Notes under the pieces: generated by a model
Told to the model about the DNA's origin: nothing
Databases searched by the model: none
Seen by the model: the letters and a program-made list of their open reading frames with translations, nothing else
Translations under genes and position numbers: made by a program
Assembly (NCBI RefSeq): GCF_902713615.1
Contig: NC_052146.1
Location: 295,004,000-295,067,999, forward strand
DNA: 64,000 nucleotides
From: Scyliorhinus canicula
Lineage: Eukaryota
Direction: 5' to 3'
Shown: one piece after another, positions 61,901 through 64,000 of the stretch
Layout: each line of letters opens with the position of its first letter
Position numbering within the stretch: position 1 is the first letter of the stretch

Positions 61901-62796
61901 TGTTTGTCATAACACGGGGCAAGCCGGATTGCCAACCCTCCAGGAATAGCCTGGAGTCTCCCAAGGCCAATCCCCGAGACAACTGTTGTGTGCAACCCTG
62001 GAGAAAAGTCATTGAGAAAAAATTGCAATTTCCTCTTCAACTTTTCCTCTGCCACATAAAAATAAATTGAATTGTCTTTTGGGGTGTTGCTATTTGGTTG
62101 ACTGTGGAGCATCCCACAATTGGGTAATGAGTCCTTTTGCTTTCCAACTGGCATAGGAATAATAGATAATAGAATTTACAGTGCAGAAGGAGGCCATTCG
62201 GCCCATCGAGTCTGCACCGTCTCTTGGAAAGAGGACCCTACCCAAGGTCAACACCTCCACCCTATTCCCATAACCCAGTAACCCCACCCAACACTAAGGG
62301 CAATTTTGGACACTAAGGGCAATTTAGCATGGCCAATCCACCTAATCTGCACATCTTTGGACTGTGGGAGGAAACCGGAGCACCCGGAGGAAACCCACGC
62401 AGACACGGGGAGGATATGCAGACTCCGCACAGACAGTGACCCAAGGCAGAATCGAACCTGGGACCCTGGAGCTGTGAAGCAATTGTGCTAACCACCATGC
62501 TACCGTGCTGCCCAACCGCCGCTGTGCGTCACCAAGGTGGATTGTGTTGTCCGACGAACGGATGGAGTGTGGGTGGATTTGTGATGGAACCTCCAGGAAT
62601 ACATTTAATCACACAGTTGGCAACCCTACCGCTGCACCCGCGTTTAACTCAAATGCCTCCCAAAGGATGTCACGCACACATTCAAAATAAAAATAAAGTT
62701 CACAGATCCAGTCAGGAATTCAGGAAAACTTCTGTAATCCAGTAGAATTTGGTACCACAAAGTGAAAGAAAGTCTTGCATTTATATGGTGCTGGAT

Positions 62797-63095
62797 AAAA
62801 GCAAATTACTGCGGATGCTGGAATCTGAAACGAAAGAGAAAATGCTGGAAAATCTCAGCAGGTCTGGCAGCATCTGTAAGGAGAGGAAAGAGCTAACGTT
62901 TCGAGTCCGATGACTCTTTGTCAAAGCTAACAGACAGAGAAAGTGGGAAATATTTATACTGTGGAGTGAGAATGAAAGATGAGTCATAGCCACAGAAACC
63001 CAGGGAAACCGGGTGTTAATGGGCACAGAAACCAAGAGGAAAGAGTGCTAATGGCAGTCCCCAGAGAGGACAAAATGTGTGAAAGGCACATATCT
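62797..63095 (-). mobile_element. Penelope-like element terminal fragment
   Basis: Minus strand reads hammerhead motif, then CAGATGCTGCCAGACCTGCTGAG..TTCCAGCATCCGCAG; same block seen degenerate at ~45360-45635(+). Family call is from recalled shark repeats. Confidence 0.65.
62891..62928 (-). ncRNA. Minimal type-I hammerhead ribozyme motif (U3-A8 variant)
   Basis: Minus strand AGCU-UUGACAA-A-GAGUC(AUCG)GACUC-GAAAC-GUU-AGCU. Confidence 0.65.
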
Positions 63096-64000
63096 GTGTA
63101 CCACAGGCCGACCACTCTCTGGGTGAAGACATTTCTCCTCATCTCTGTCCTAAATGGTCTACCCCGTATCCTCAGACTGTGACTCCTGGTTATGGACACA
63201 TCTGGTCCTGGCCATCTGTAACATCCTTCCTGCATCCACTCTGCCCAGTTCTGTTAGAATTTTATAGTTTTCTGTGAGATCCCCCTAATTATTCTGAACT
63301 CCAACGAATACAATCCTAACTGATTTAACCTCTCCTTGTCTCAGTCCTTCCATCCCAGGAATCAATCGGGTAAACCTTCCCTGCACTCCCTCATTAGCTA
63401 GAGCATCCTTCCTCAGATAAGGAGACCAAAACTGCATAGAATATTCCAGGTGTGACCTCACCAAGGCCCTGTATAATTGCGGCAAGACATCCCTGTTCCT
63501 GTATTTGAATCATCCCGCTATGAAGGCCTGCATACCTTCTTTACCACCTGCTGCACCTGCATGTTTACCTTCAGTGACTAGTGTACGAGGACACCCAGAT
63601 CTCATTGCTAGTTCCGCTTTCCTAATTTATGGCATTTAAGTTAATGGTCTGCCTTCTTGTTTTTGCTACCAAAGTGGGTAACGTGGCATTTATCCAAATT
63701 ATACTGCATCTTCCATTCATTTGCTCACTCACTGAACTTGTCCAAATCACACTGAAGGATCTCTGCATCCTCCTCACAGCTCACCCTCCCACCCAACTTG
63801 GTGTCATCTGCAAATTTGGAGATATGACATTTTGTTCCCTCATCTAAATCATTAATATATATTGTGAATAGCTCGGGTCCTAGCACCTATCCCTGTGGTA
63901 CCCCATTAGTCACTGCCTGCCGATTTAAAAAGACCGTTAATTCCTACTCCTCGTTTCCTGTCTGCCAACCAGTTTTCTACCCATCTCAATACTCTACCCC
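63096..64000 (-). mobile_element. Degenerate CR1 LINE ORF2 3' fragment
   Basis: ISKFADDTKLG, LYRALVRSHLEYSMQFWSPYLRKD, RSHSLRIRGRPFRTEMRRNVFTQRVV; continues past the window end. Confidence 0.9.

Overview
Eukaryotic DNA, most likely a cartilaginous fish. This is inferred from elasmobranch-type HE1/V-SINEs, Deu-domain SINEs, and CR1, L1, Rex1 and Penelope relics. Two spliced genes lie tail-to-tail, as in human 1q44. HNRNPU (SAF-A) is on + (ATG 1833 to TAG 22436, 14 coding exons; SAP, SPRY, P-loop and RGG regions). COX20 is on - (ATG 61565 to TAG 54919, 4 exons, 121 aa). The ~32 kb between them is mostly transposon-derived. It includes an L1-type element (~29603-41901) split by two CR1 insertions, one full length with ORF1 and an open 1012-aa ORF2. 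Notable observations: (1) a V-SINE subfamily with 14-18 bp L1-type target-site duplications rather than the CR1-derived tail of its relatives, with one copy in the same target site as the L1; (2) a minimal hammerhead ribozyme with a U3-A8 covariant core at a Penelope-like terminus; (3) both gene promoters carry tandem repeats that multiply a transcription-factor motif (CCAAT at 52-bp spacing, NRF1-like at 72-bp spacing); (4) single-base indels are confined to HNRNPU exons 1-4, probably assembly error. All calls were read by eye, and repeat boundaries are approximate.
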